A stretch of DNA of 64,000 bases, from contig JAGWXF010000011.1 in the NCBI GenBank assembly GCA_018970025.1, forward strand, positions 8,898-72,897. Reading direction: 5' to 3'. Origin of the DNA: Actinomycetales bacterium. Its GTDB lineage: Bacteria > Actinomycetota > Actinomycetes > S36-B12. This document shows positions 8,727 to 17,079 of this stretch, one piece after another. The first letter of the stretch is position 1. The number at the start of each line of letters is the position of its first letter. The notes under the pieces were generated by a model. It was not told where the DNA came from. It saw nothing but the letters and a program-made list of their open reading frames with translations, and ran no database searches. The position numbers and the translations under genes were made by a program.

Positions 8727-10584
8727 TGGGCGCCCTCGACGAGCAGACCGTGCGGATCACGGTTGCCGAGGCGATCGTCCGCTACCTCATCGCGCAGCGG
8801 ACCGTCGTCGACGGAACGCAGGTGCCGCTCTATCGGGGGTGCTCGCCATCTTCGGGCACGGCAACGTGACCAGCCTGGGCCACTCCCTGGAGCAGCATCG
8901 CGATGAGATCCCCGTCTGGCGCGGCCAGAACGAGCAGGGGATGGGCCTGGCCGCTGCTGCCTTCGCCAAGGCCAGGCGCCGCCAGCAGGTGCTCGTCTGC
9001 ACCTCATCGGTCGGCCCGGGCGCGACGAACATGGTGACGTCCGCCGGGGTCGCGATGGCCAATCGGCTGCCGGTGCTGTTCATCTGCGGCGACACCTTCA
9101 ACTCCCGCCTGCCGGATCCGGTGCTGCAGCAGGTGGAGCACTTCGGCACGCCCTCGACCACGGTGAACGATGCCTTCCGGTCGGTGGTGCGCTTCTGGGA
9201 CCGCATCACCGACCCCGCGCAGGTGCTCAGCAGCCTGCCGCAGGCGACCCGGGTGTTCCTGGACCCGGCCGAGTGCGGCCCGGCCTTCATCGGCCTGCCG
9301 CAGGATGTCGCGGCCGAGGCCTATGACTTCCCGGTGCGCTTCTTCGAGCCGGCCGTGCACCAGGTGCCCCGTCCGCGAGCCGATCGAGCCGAGCTCGAGC
9401 AGGCGATCGCCCTCATTGCGGGAGCGCAGCGGCCGGTGCTCATCGCCGGGGGAGGGGTGCACTACTCGCGTGCCGAGGCCGAGCTTGCCGAGTTCGCGCT
9501 CCGGCATGGCATGCCGGTGGTGGAGACCGTCGCGGGCAAGTCCTCGCTCCTGGCCGACCACCCGCTGAACCTCGGGCCGCTCGGCGTCACGGGAGCGGCA
9601 GCGCCGAATGCGCTGTGCGCGCAAGCCGACGTCATCGTCGCCATCGGCACGCGGCTGCAGGATTTCGCGACCGGCTCGTGGACCCTGTTCGACCCGGATG
9701 CGACGGTCGTCGCCGTCAACGCGGCCCGCTTCGATGCGGCCAAGCACCTGTCGACGCCGGTGGTGGGCGATGCCCGGGAGTGCCTGGCCGAGATCTCCGC
9801 TGGGCTTGCCGACTGGCAGGTACCCCCCGCCTGGCGTGCGGAGGCTGACCGGCTGCGCGAGGAGCTCCGCGCGTTCGTCGATGATCGTATTGCCGTTGAC
9901 GGCCAGACGCCGGTGAGCTACGCGCAGGTCGTCGGAGCGGTCAACCGCGCGGCCAGCGAGCAGGACTACGTGCTGACCGCTGCGGGCGGCCTACCCGGCG
10001 AGCTGAACATCAACTGGCGAAGCCGTGGCATCGCTACCTTCGACTGCGAGTACGGGTACTCGTGCATGGGGTACGAGATCTCCGGCGCGTGGGGGGCGGC
10101 CATGGCCCGCTCGCAGGGGAAGGTCTTCGCTCTCGTCGGCGATGGCTCGTACCTGATGCTCAACAGTGACATCTACTCCTCGGTGCTCTCCGGGCACCCG
10201 TTCATCCTCGTCGTCTGCGACAACGGCGGATACGCCGTCATCGAGCGACTGCAGCGCAATCAAGGGGGCAACTCCTACAACAACATGCTGCGGGATTCGA
10301 CCGGGCCCGGATCGGGCGTCCGCGTCGACTTTGCTGCCCATGCCGCTGCACTTGGCGCGCACGTGACCCGGGTGGCGACCATCGACGAGCTCGAGCGGGC
10401 TCTCGCCGAGGCGCGCAAGCATCAGGGCACCTCGGCGATCGTCATCGACGTGCGCGAGGCCGACTGGACCGAGGGCGGGGCGTTCTGGCAGGTCGGGGTG
10501 CCGGAGGTGAGCGACCGGGTACAGGTGCGCCAGGCCCGGGCCGCCGTCGATGCCGGGCTGGCAGCCCAGCGGCGCGGGATCTAG
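8726..10584 (+). pseudogene. iolD: 3D-(3,5/4)-trihydroxycyclohexane-1,2-dione acylhydrolase (ThDP enzyme) interrupted by a 1-nt frameshift
   Basis: ATG 8726 overlaps the iolB stop and gives MGALDEQTVRITVAEAIVRYLIAQRTVVDGTQVPLYRG in one frame, with a stop at 8867-8869. The main ORF 8839..10584 continues VLAIFGHGNVTSLG... in the next frame. The junction is a G5 run (8835-8839); one extra G would restore ...PLYRGVLAIFGHGNV.... Confidence 0.85.
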
Positions 10585-11405
10585 GCGTTCGAGCCGGTAC
10601 GTGGGCGAGCCCGCGGCCGCCAGGGGATGACCGGTGAGGTGCGAGCCTGGTAGTCGGCGTACTCGGGGTACTTCGACAGCGAGATCTGCTCGGTGAGCCG
10701 GGTCGAGCCGATGAACAGCGCCGTGAGCAGCACCACCCCGATGCCGCTCCACTGGAGCAGGGAGCCCGCGGCCGTCGCCCCGATGAGGAAGATGATCCAC
10801 CACTGGGCCAGCTCGAAGAAGTAGTTCGGATGCCGGGAGACGCGGAACAGCCCGGTCTGCAGGAACCTCGGATCGGGGGCGATCCCAGCCGCGATCTGGG
10901 CGTGCTTGCGCTGGTGGAAGTTCCACTGCTGCTGGTCGGCGATCGTCTCGCCGGCCAGGCAGGCCAGGAACAGCAGCGCCAGCAGGGCATCGAGCGGCCC
11001 GAACGGCGTGGACTGATGATCGAAGGCGGTCAGGGCAGGCATGGCGATCAGGGCCAGCAGGATGTTCTGCGCGATCACGATGAACAGCAGGTTGAAGACC
11101 TGGAACTGCCAGGGCGTCATCCCGGCGCGGACGACCTCCCAGCGGTAGTCCTCGACGCCGCTGTAGCCGCCCTTGCGCGCGAAGTTGAAGGTCAGCCGCG
11201 CTCCCCAGAGCACGGCGATGACGGCCATGACGTTCAGCCGCACGTCGGAGAATCCGGCGGCCCAGGCGAACACCACGATGTAGGCGGCCGGGAGGATCGA
11301 CCAGAGCCGGTCGACCCAGGACGTGTCCTTGGTGATGAGCGAGGCGATCCAGCACGCTGCGCTGGCGACGGAAGCGATCAGGACGACGATCGTCAGTGGC
11401 TCCAT
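10581..11405 (-). CDS. DUF1295 / steroid 5-alpha-reductase-like membrane protein
   Basis: ORF 10581..11615; start set at ATG 11405 (MEPLTIVVLIASVASAACW...). Multi-TM, with the C-terminal motif GLFRVSRHPNYFFE typical of this family. Confidence 0.7.
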   Translation of the reverse strand: MEPLTIVVLIASVASAACWIASLITKDTSWVDRLWSILPAAYIVVFAWAAGFSDVRLNVMAVIAVLWGARLTFNFARKGGYSGVEDYRWEVVRAGMTPWQFQVFNLLFIVIAQNILLALIAMPALTAFDHQSTPFGPLDALLALLFLACLAGETIADQQQWNFHQRKHAQIAAGIAPDPRFLQTGLFRVSRHPNYFFELAQWWIIFLIGATAAGSLLQWSGIGVVLLTALFIGSTRLTEQISLSKYPEYADYQARTSPVIPWRPRARPRTGSNA

Positions 11406-11478
11406 GAGGAACGAAGGGTAGTTGGCCCCGGCGCGCTGCGCGAGATGGCACGCGCAGGCCCATGGAAGACTTCCGTCC

Positions 11479-13650
11479 GTGAGGCGGTGGGGCGTCCTCG
11501 GCAGGGAGGCGGGCTGGCTCGCCGCAGCGGTTGGCTGCGCGGCACTGATCGCCTGCTGGATCAATCGGGATGCGATCGGAGAGCTGGCTGCCCCCTGGTC
11601 GGACTTCGACATCATCTCCGTCTACGCCCTCGCCAAGGGCCTGCAGGTGCATGGATGGTTCACCCCCAATCCCGACCTCGGCTGGCCCTACGGACTGGAC
11701 CTTGCCCAGTTCCCGACCACCGAGATCTGGCAGGTCCTGCAGATCAAGGCCCTCACCGCCATCACGGCAAGCCCAGTCGCGGCCGTCAACCTGCTGTTCC
11801 TGCTCGGATACCCCCTGGCAGCTGCCACGGCCTACCTGTTCCTCCGGTGGATCGGCATCGCCCGCGTGCTGGCATGCCTGCTGGCCATCGGCTTCAGCTC
11901 GGTGCCCTGGCATCAGCAGCGCTTCAGCCAGGTCTTCTTCACGAACTACGCCGCCTGGCCGGTGGCGGCGTTCCTGCTGAGCGTGCTGCTGTCGCAGCCA
12001 GTGCATCTTGCCTGGCTCCGCCAGCGGCCGCGCGACTGGTGGGCGATCGTGGTGACGGCCGCGATCATCGTCGGCCTGAGCGGGGCATATCTGGGTGCCT
12101 TCTTCATCCTCATCACCGCCATCTGCCTGATCGGCTCCGCCGCTGCCTCCCGGGTCGACCTGCGCCGCCTGCTCCTGGCCGTCGTGGTGAGCGGTACCGT
12201 CATGCTCGCCTTCGGTGCCGTCCTGGCCCTGTATCGCCTGCGGGACGTCACCGAGATCTCGGCCAGCCCCGTCCAGCGCTCCCTTGAGGACTCCTACGCC
12301 TTCGGCGGGGACCTGGCCTCCCTGCTGGTGCCCGCGCCGACGACCTGGCTGGCCGACCACCTGCCGGAGCGACTGACGCACGGCCTGGCACTGGTAGGCG
12401 CTCAGCCGTTGTACGAGGGCAACGCCGCCGCAAGTCCGCTCGTGGCCGGCTGCGTGGTGACGGCCGTCCTGGTCGCCCTCGGCCTGCTCATCGGGCGCCG
12501 CCACGTGCGCCCGGCCCTTCGACCCGTGGTGGGTACCCCCTGGGCCGGCGTGCTGCTGGTGGCCATGCTGCTGTTCGCGGTGGGCGGGCTCGGCGCCGTC
12601 TTCGCCGGGGTGTTCACGCCCGAGATCCGCGCATGGGGCAGGCTGGCGATCTTCATCATCCTCGTCGCGATGGCCATCACCGGCCTGCTGCTGACCTCGG
12701 TGCTCGACCGAGCGGGCACCCATCGGCGGGTCGCGAGCACCGTGATCGTGAGCCTGCTCGCGCTGCTGGTGCTGGACCAGGCCACCGGGCCGAGCCGGCT
12801 CGCCCCTGACCCTGGCCTGCGCAAGGAGATGACCGACCTCGGCAGGGTCGCGCAGGCGCAACTCCCGGCAGGGTGTGCCATCTTCAATCACCCCCCGACG
12901 CCCTTCCCGGAATCGCCGACGGTCCAGGACATGGGCGACTACAGCCACTTCCTCGCATATCTCTTCGTTGACGGCCACCCGATGAGCTACGGAGCCGTCA
13001 AGGGCACTCCCCAGTCGCTGTGGCAGCTATCCCTGCCCAGGGATGCCGCCGATCTGAACGGGCGGCTGAGCAGCATGGGGTTCTGCGCGATCCTCGTCGA
13101 TGCCAATGGCCTGCCGCAGGAGCAGCGGTCGATGGATGAATGGAAGGCCGTGCTGGGGGAGCCCATTGCCATCGCCCTCGGCCGCTGGTTCCTCTTCCGG
13201 CTGCCTGACTCCTCCGCTGGCCCCGATCCATCGGCAGCGAACCTGGGCGCGGCGAGTGCGATGGCGGGGGACGTCGTCGCCGTACCGGTCAATGCCTCCT
13301 CTGGCGTGGAGGCCATCGACGGCTCGATGCTGTGGTGGAATGCCAACCCGCGCCTGTCGCTGGGGATCGTCAATCTCGTGCCGGAGCGGCGCGCCGGCGT
13401 TCTCCGGGTGCCGGTGAAGGCTGCGGACTGCGTCATGCAGCCCGTGCAGGTGAGCAGCCCGCAGGCCCTCGAGCCAAGGCTGTCGATCGCCGCTGGCCAG
13501 CGCCGATACCTGGACATCCCAGTCGACCTCGGTGCCGGGGCGAGCGAGGTCATCGAGGTGACCATCGTGGGGCCTGCCTGCCGCAATGCCGGTGATCCGC
13601 GGGACCTGCTCGTCGCGATCGAAGGGACCACGTTCACGCCGTCGGCATGA
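11479..13650 (+). CDS. large polytopic membrane protein with extracytoplasmic C-terminal domain (GT-C-like; function unknown)
   Basis: ORF 11422..13650 (TTG). GTG 11479 (VRRWGVLGREAGWLAAAVGCAALIACW) is preferred as the start. About 12 hydrophobic segments over ~430 aa, then a ~290-aa soluble domain (…DMGDYSHFLAYLFVDGHPMSYGAVKG…). Confidence 0.6.
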   Translation: MRRWGVLGREAGWLAAAVGCAALIACWINRDAIGELAAPWSDFDIISVYALAKGLQVHGWFTPNPDLGWPYGLDLAQFPTTEIWQVLQIKALTAITASPVAAVNLLFLLGYPLAAATAYLFLRWIGIARVLACLLAIGFSSVPWHQQRFSQVFFTNYAAWPVAAFLLSVLLSQPVHLAWLRQRPRDWWAIVVTAAIIVGLSGAYLGAFFILITAICLIGSAAASRVDLRRLLLAVVVSGTVMLAFGAVLALYRLRDVTEISASPVQRSLEDSYAFGGDLASLLVPAPTTWLADHLPERLTHGLALVGAQPLYEGNAAASPLVAGCVVTAVLVALGLLIGRRHVRPALRPVVGTPWAGVLLVAMLLFAVGGLGAVFAGVFTPEIRAWGRLAIFIILVAMAITGLLLTSVLDRAGTHRRVASTVIVSLLALLVLDQATGPSRLAPDPGLRKEMTDLGRVAQAQLPAGCAIFNHPPTPFPESPTVQDMGDYSHFLAYLFVDGHPMSYGAVKGTPQSLWQLSLPRDAADLNGRLSSMGFCAILVDANGLPQEQRSMDEWKAVLGEPIAIALGRWFLFRLPDSSAGPDPSAANLGAASAMAGDVVAVPVNASSGVEAIDGSMLWWNANPRLSLGIVNLVPERRAGVLRVPVKAADCVMQPVQVSSPQALEPRLSIAAGQRRYLDIPVDLGAGASEVIEVTIVGPACRNAGDPRDLLVAIEGTTFTPSA

Positions 13651-13683
13651 CTCGCGTTGCGAGTCGAGTGCCAGACTGGGCAC

Positions 13684-14136
13684 ATGCCGATCACCGTCCG
13701 CTCCGGCCCGTGGGACCGGGCGCAGGTCGAGCAGTTCCTGGCCTCGTCCGTGATCCCCGTCCGGCTGGCCTCGAGCGGCAGGCATGGACCCATCGTGCAG
13801 TCGCTGTGGTTCGCCTTCGCGGATCACTCGATCTGGTGCGCGACGCAGTCCGCATCCGTCCTGGTCCGCCGGCTGCGCCGGGATGCCGCCGTGGGCTGGG
13901 AAGTCTCCGCCGACCTGCCGCCGTACCGGGGCGTCCGCGGCACCGGCCGGGCGCTGCTGGTCGACGACGCCGCCCAGACCCTGCAGCTGCTGATCGATCG
14001 CTACGGGCAGGCGGGCACCCCGCTGGCGCAATGGCTCCTCGGGCGGGTGCATGCCGAAGTCGCCATCTGCATCACGGACCTGCGCGTCACGAGCTGGGAC
14101 TACTCAGGGCGGATGAGCTCACGGCCCGAGACCTGA
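13684..14136 (+). CDS. pyridoxamine 5'-phosphate oxidase (PPOX) family / F420-type split-barrel protein
   Basis: ORF 13657..14136; start set at ATG 13684 (MPITVRSGPWDRAQVEQFL...). Resembles the PPOX split-barrel family (…VIPVRLASSGRHGPIVQSLWF…). Confidence 0.65.
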   Translation: MPITVRSGPWDRAQVEQFLASSVIPVRLASSGRHGPIVQSLWFAFADHSIWCATQSASVLVRRLRRDAAVGWEVSADLPPYRGVRGTGRALLVDDAAQTLQLLIDRYGQAGTPLAQWLLGRVHAEVAICITDLRVTSWDYSGRMSSRPET

Positions 14137-14256
14137 CCGCTCGTGGAGGGACGCATTGGACCGTGGCGCGGCGTGCTGGGGTCCGGTCGGCCTGTGGTGA
14201 CGCTCAGGCGGGTGCTCGCTCGAGTGCGGCGAAACGTGTGCTCCACATCTGTCGAC

Positions 14257-14366
14257 TCAGGTCCGATGAAGGCTCGAAGAGTTCCCCGTCACCATGCCAC
14301 CGCCATGAATGAGGTAGATGCAGGGGCGGCTCGGCGCGGGCGCATTCGGTCGGGAGATCCGCGGCA
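14257..14366 (-). pseudogene. fragment of an alpha/beta-hydrolase-fold-3 esterase (HGGG oxyanion box)
   Basis: A 35-codon open stretch on the minus strand reads CRISRPNAPAPSRPCIYLIHGGGMVTGNSSSLHRT, the characteristic ...RP..P.P..vY.HGGG..G segment. It is bounded by stops in that frame, and neighbouring frames carry other short pieces. Confidence 0.35.
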
Positions 14367-14456
14367 TCAACTCCCCAGCGGGCCCGGACGTCCTCATGTG
14401 CACAACCGCAACCGTGGCTACGGCGTGAAGCGGGCCCGAACCGACGCAAGTATGGT

Positions 14457-15362
14457 GTGGAGGGCTCGACGTTGATCGTCAATGTGCTGTCCCTCTTCGT
14501 GTGGGGGAAGTGCCGCGTACATGGCCGCCTCACCGATCGCTTGATGCGCCTGCAGCACCCGGAGGCACAAGTCGTTCTGCTGGACCGCGCGAGCTCCGCA
14601 GCCGCCGAGTTCGGCTGGCCACCCGAATGGCACGACGACCTCGGCTACCTCGACGTCTGGGTCGCCACCGGAGGTACAGCCACCGCCGCCTTCTCACACT
14701 GGGCTGACGTCCGCGACCCCGAGATGGCCGTGATGATCGACGACGAACTCGCCGCCTACATCGCCCAATGGAAGACCAACCTCGCAAACGACCGCGAGCA
14801 GGCCAAGAACCGCACAGAGCCACTGAATCCAGGAGAGAAAGGACCGGGGTTCTCCACCTGTTGGGCCGGCAAGATCCTCGACCGCGTCTACTCGAACCCG
14901 CCCGACGCCGACACCACGCGTTCGCGCACCGCGCGACGACGCTCACCCGCCTCGAGACGACCAAGGAGCTCGGCGATGCGTGGGCGGGACGACTGGCCGT
15001 CGGAACTGACCACGCAGATCCTGACCCGCTTCTTCATGGGCGGCATCGCCGAACACGAGTACCTCGACCAGCGCATCAGCATTGCTCACGACGCCTTCGA
15101 TGCCACGTTCGGTGTCGTGATCATCTTGGACGCCGACGCGCAACCGGTCCCCCTGGGGCGTCACCGAACTGCGCTACGGGCTAACCGACGACGACATCCC
15201 CGATCACAAGCCGTCGCCACCACCGAACGGAGGAAACTCAGGACATCAGCTGCCGTGCGCTCCCGCCGTCGATCAAGCATTTGTCGAACAACCGTCGCGG
15301 TTTCGTTTAGCAGGGCAAGGATGCATCGGGGGCGCCCTGACGCGAAAGTGGCGAATCCATGA
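14457..15362 (+). CDS. hypothetical ORF, possibly a degraded gene
   Basis: 301-codon ORF in a lower-GC patch with an Arg/Ser-rich low-complexity middle and tail. One segment (WPSELTTQILTRFFMGGIAEHEYLDQRISIAHDAFDATFGVVIILDADAQPVP) followed in another frame by WGVTELRYGLTDDDIPD faintly resembles dual-specificity phosphatases. Coding status is doubtful. Confidence 0.25.
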   Translation: MEGSTLIVNVLSLFVWGKCRVHGRLTDRLMRLQHPEAQVVLLDRASSAAAEFGWPPEWHDDLGYLDVWVATGGTATAAFSHWADVRDPEMAVMIDDELAAYIAQWKTNLANDREQAKNRTEPLNPGEKGPGFSTCWAGKILDRVYSNPPDADTTRSRTARRRSPASRRPRSSAMRGRDDWPSELTTQILTRFFMGGIAEHEYLDQRISIAHDAFDATFGVVIILDADAQPVPLGRHRTALRANRRRHPRSQAVATTERRKLRTSAAVRSRRRSSICRTTVAVSFSRARMHRGRPDAKVANP

Positions 15363-15428
15363 GCGAATCCGTGGCGGTCGATGGTAGATCGGAGACGTCC
15401 TGACACGCAGTGATGCTGCCGCCGCCGT

Positions 15429-15473
15429 CTCGTAATCTGGCTGTCGCGGGTTCGAGCCCGACCCGCCCCACCA
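15429..15473 (+). other. tRNA 3'-half-like fragment (anticodon-loop-like CTCGTAA, GGTTCGAGCCC, acceptor 3' strand CCGCCCC-A-CCA); not an intact tRNA
   Basis: Read directly from the sequence. There is no complementary 5' acceptor strand (GGGGCGG) or D-arm in the upstream 80 nt. The T-stem halves do not pair (GCGGG vs CCGAC), suggesting a hybrid junction. Shares the 17-mer GCCCGACCCGCCCCACC (15456-15472) with 17641-17657. Confidence 0.55.
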
Positions 15474-15707
15474 ATTCTTTGCGTGGTTTCGCCTGGAGCG
15501 TCACGTTCTTGTTGCGGTATTTGGATGACGTGGCTTCGCCTGATGGGTACCGCAGTCCTCGCGACCTTCATGCTCGACGGGCTCAGTTTCGTCGTCCTGG
15601 TCATCTCCGCAAGAAGAGATTGAATGGCGATGTACAGTGCGAAAGGCGGTCGAGGGATGCCCGCCGACAGGCTCATGCGCGGGCCGGGCGTGAGCACTCT
15701 CACGGGG

Positions 15708-16084
15708 TTAGCGGGGAATCGTCATGTGCTCCAGGCGTCGCGCGATAGCCGAGACGTCGGCGAAGGATCCGTTGGCCACGTCGATGGTGACGTCCTAGCC
15801 TCGTCGTTCGTGATGGCAAGTCGTCGTCCATTGATACCGACGAAGGTGATAACGGCGGCAAGCGCCAGTCGCTCGTTGCCGTCGATGAGCGTGTGGTTGC
15901 GGGCGATCGATTCCATGAGCGCACCGGCCTTGTCGTGGAGCGAGGGGTAGGCGTCCGACCCGAACACACGCGACTGAGGGCGAAAGGCTGCCGACTCGAG
16001 TAACCCAGCGTCGCGCACGAGCGGTGGGGTGCCCATGACACGCGTGGCGATAGCGAGATGATCGCCGTAATCGAGAAAGATCAC
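15708..16084 (-). pseudogene. doc: Doc (death-on-curing, Fic-fold) toxin gene with a frameshift near its 3' end
   Basis: ORF 15722..16084 carries the Fic/Doc motif HTLIDGNERLA and runs ...GRRLAITNDEA, then turns to nonsense (RTSPSTWPTDPS...). The adjacent frame reads DVTIDVANGSFADVSAIARRLEHMTIPR-stop (stop at 15708-15710), a canonical Doc C-terminus. The shift lies at ~15794-15799. Confidence 0.75.
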
Positions 16085-16284
16085 TGACCGAGACGGTCAA
16101 GCGCCTCAGCCAAGGGCGGCAATCCTTGGTCCATGACCTGGACAAGCAGTTCGGCGCGTGATTGGCGCTCCACGTAGTCCCGCAGAGCGGCTCGAAGAAC
16201 CTTGTTGTGCGACGGACCGCTGCGCTCAGCCAGTGTCGCGAGGGCTTCCTGCTCCCCTGTCGAGAGACGGACGGTCAAGGCCAA
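16081..16284 (-). CDS. ribbon-helix-helix type antitoxin partnered with Doc
   Basis: 67 aa, MALTVRLSTGEQEALATLAERSGPSHNKVLRAALRDYV... (RHH/CopG-like). Its stop overlaps the doc start by 4 nt (16081-16084). Confidence 0.7.
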   Translation of the reverse strand: MALTVRLSTGEQEALATLAERSGPSHNKVLRAALRDYVERQSRAELLVQVMDQGLPPLAEALDRLGQ

Positions 16285-16557
16285 CCCCGGATGGCATTAC
16301 CGGTGACACCACGTGTGACGTGGGCGGCGCCGCGCCAAAGGTCGACCCAGCAGATGCAGACCAGCGCGATCACCACATGCCCGCCCCTGACTCCCTCGTT
16401 GCTCCGTCAAGCTCGGCGTTCAGTGGCGCCGGTAACGTCGTCGGGTGTTCCAGAGCGCGATCCGCTGGTCCGCGTGGACGACCGCCATATGAGGCCCCGC
16501 GAAAAGCGACAAGCAGCTACGTGCCCGATGTGGGGTATCGTTTCCGATACCTAGGAG

Positions 16558-17079
16558 GTGGATGTGGCGACATTGATGGCGATGGCCCGGCGTGCCTCCG
16601 GAATGTCGCAGGCCGAGGTAGCCAGGCGCGCGGGAACCTCGCGCCCCACGCTGTCGGCCTACGAGAGCGGGTCGCGCAATCCCACGCTGGACACCCTCGA
16701 GCGTGTCCTGGCTGCGAATAGGCAGCACCTGGTGTCGGTGCCCGACCCAGTGTTCACGCATCACGCCGACCGGCGGGGCAAGACGTTCTTCGTGCCTGAC
16801 CAGCTGCCGCGCCTGCCGGTCGAGGCCGCGCTCGCGACGGTCGTCCTACCGCCGCACGCTGACTGGTCTCCGTCGGGCCGCCCGAGGAACCTCGCCGATC
16901 GCAGCGAGCGACTGCTGGCCTACCAGGTGGTGCTGGCGGAGGGCAGACCCGCGGACATCCTGCGGTTCGTCGATGGAGCGCTCCTTGTCGATGCCTGGGC
17001 CGATCTGCACCTGCCTGCCGCGATCAGGCACGCGTGGCAGCCGCTCGTTGATCGCGCCCTGTCGGCCGGATCCCGATGA
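16558..17079 (+). CDS. XRE-family HTH protein, probable antitoxin of a DUF1814 (AbiEii/MenT-like) nucleotidyltransferase toxin
   Basis: HTH MSQAEVARRAGTSRPTLSAYESGSRNPTLDTLERVL plus a ~110-aa C-terminal domain. Its stop overlaps (ATGA) the start of the NTase remnant. Confidence 0.75.
   Translation: MDVATLMAMARRASGMSQAEVARRAGTSRPTLSAYESGSRNPTLDTLERVLAANRQHLVSVPDPVFTHHADRRGKTFFVPDQLPRLPVEAALATVVLPPHADWSPSGRPRNLADRSERLLAYQVVLAEGRPADILRFVDGALLVDAWADLHLPAAIRHAWQPLVDRALSAGSR

Noticed and set aside
9991-12978. 995-aa minus-strand ORF, the longest in the track
   Set aside because: It runs antisense to iolD, the DUF1295 gene's flank and the large membrane-protein gene. The translation is Arg/Gly/His/Pro-rich low complexity with no recognisable domain. 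This is a typical shadow ORF of high-GC DNA, and the opposite-strand genes have clear family motifs.
14437-14448. 12-mer CGAACCGACGCA also present at 17606-17617, considered as a third att-like remnant
   Set aside because: A 12-nt match is expected many times by chance in 64 kb of biased-composition DNA, and there is no extended similarity around it.
15398-15473. Possible intact tRNA-Thr(CGU) gene
   Set aside because: A 3' half with CCA is present, but there is no 5' acceptor strand complementary to CCGCCCC, no D-arm, and no pairing partner for the anticodon stem or T-stem. It was reported only as a fragment.
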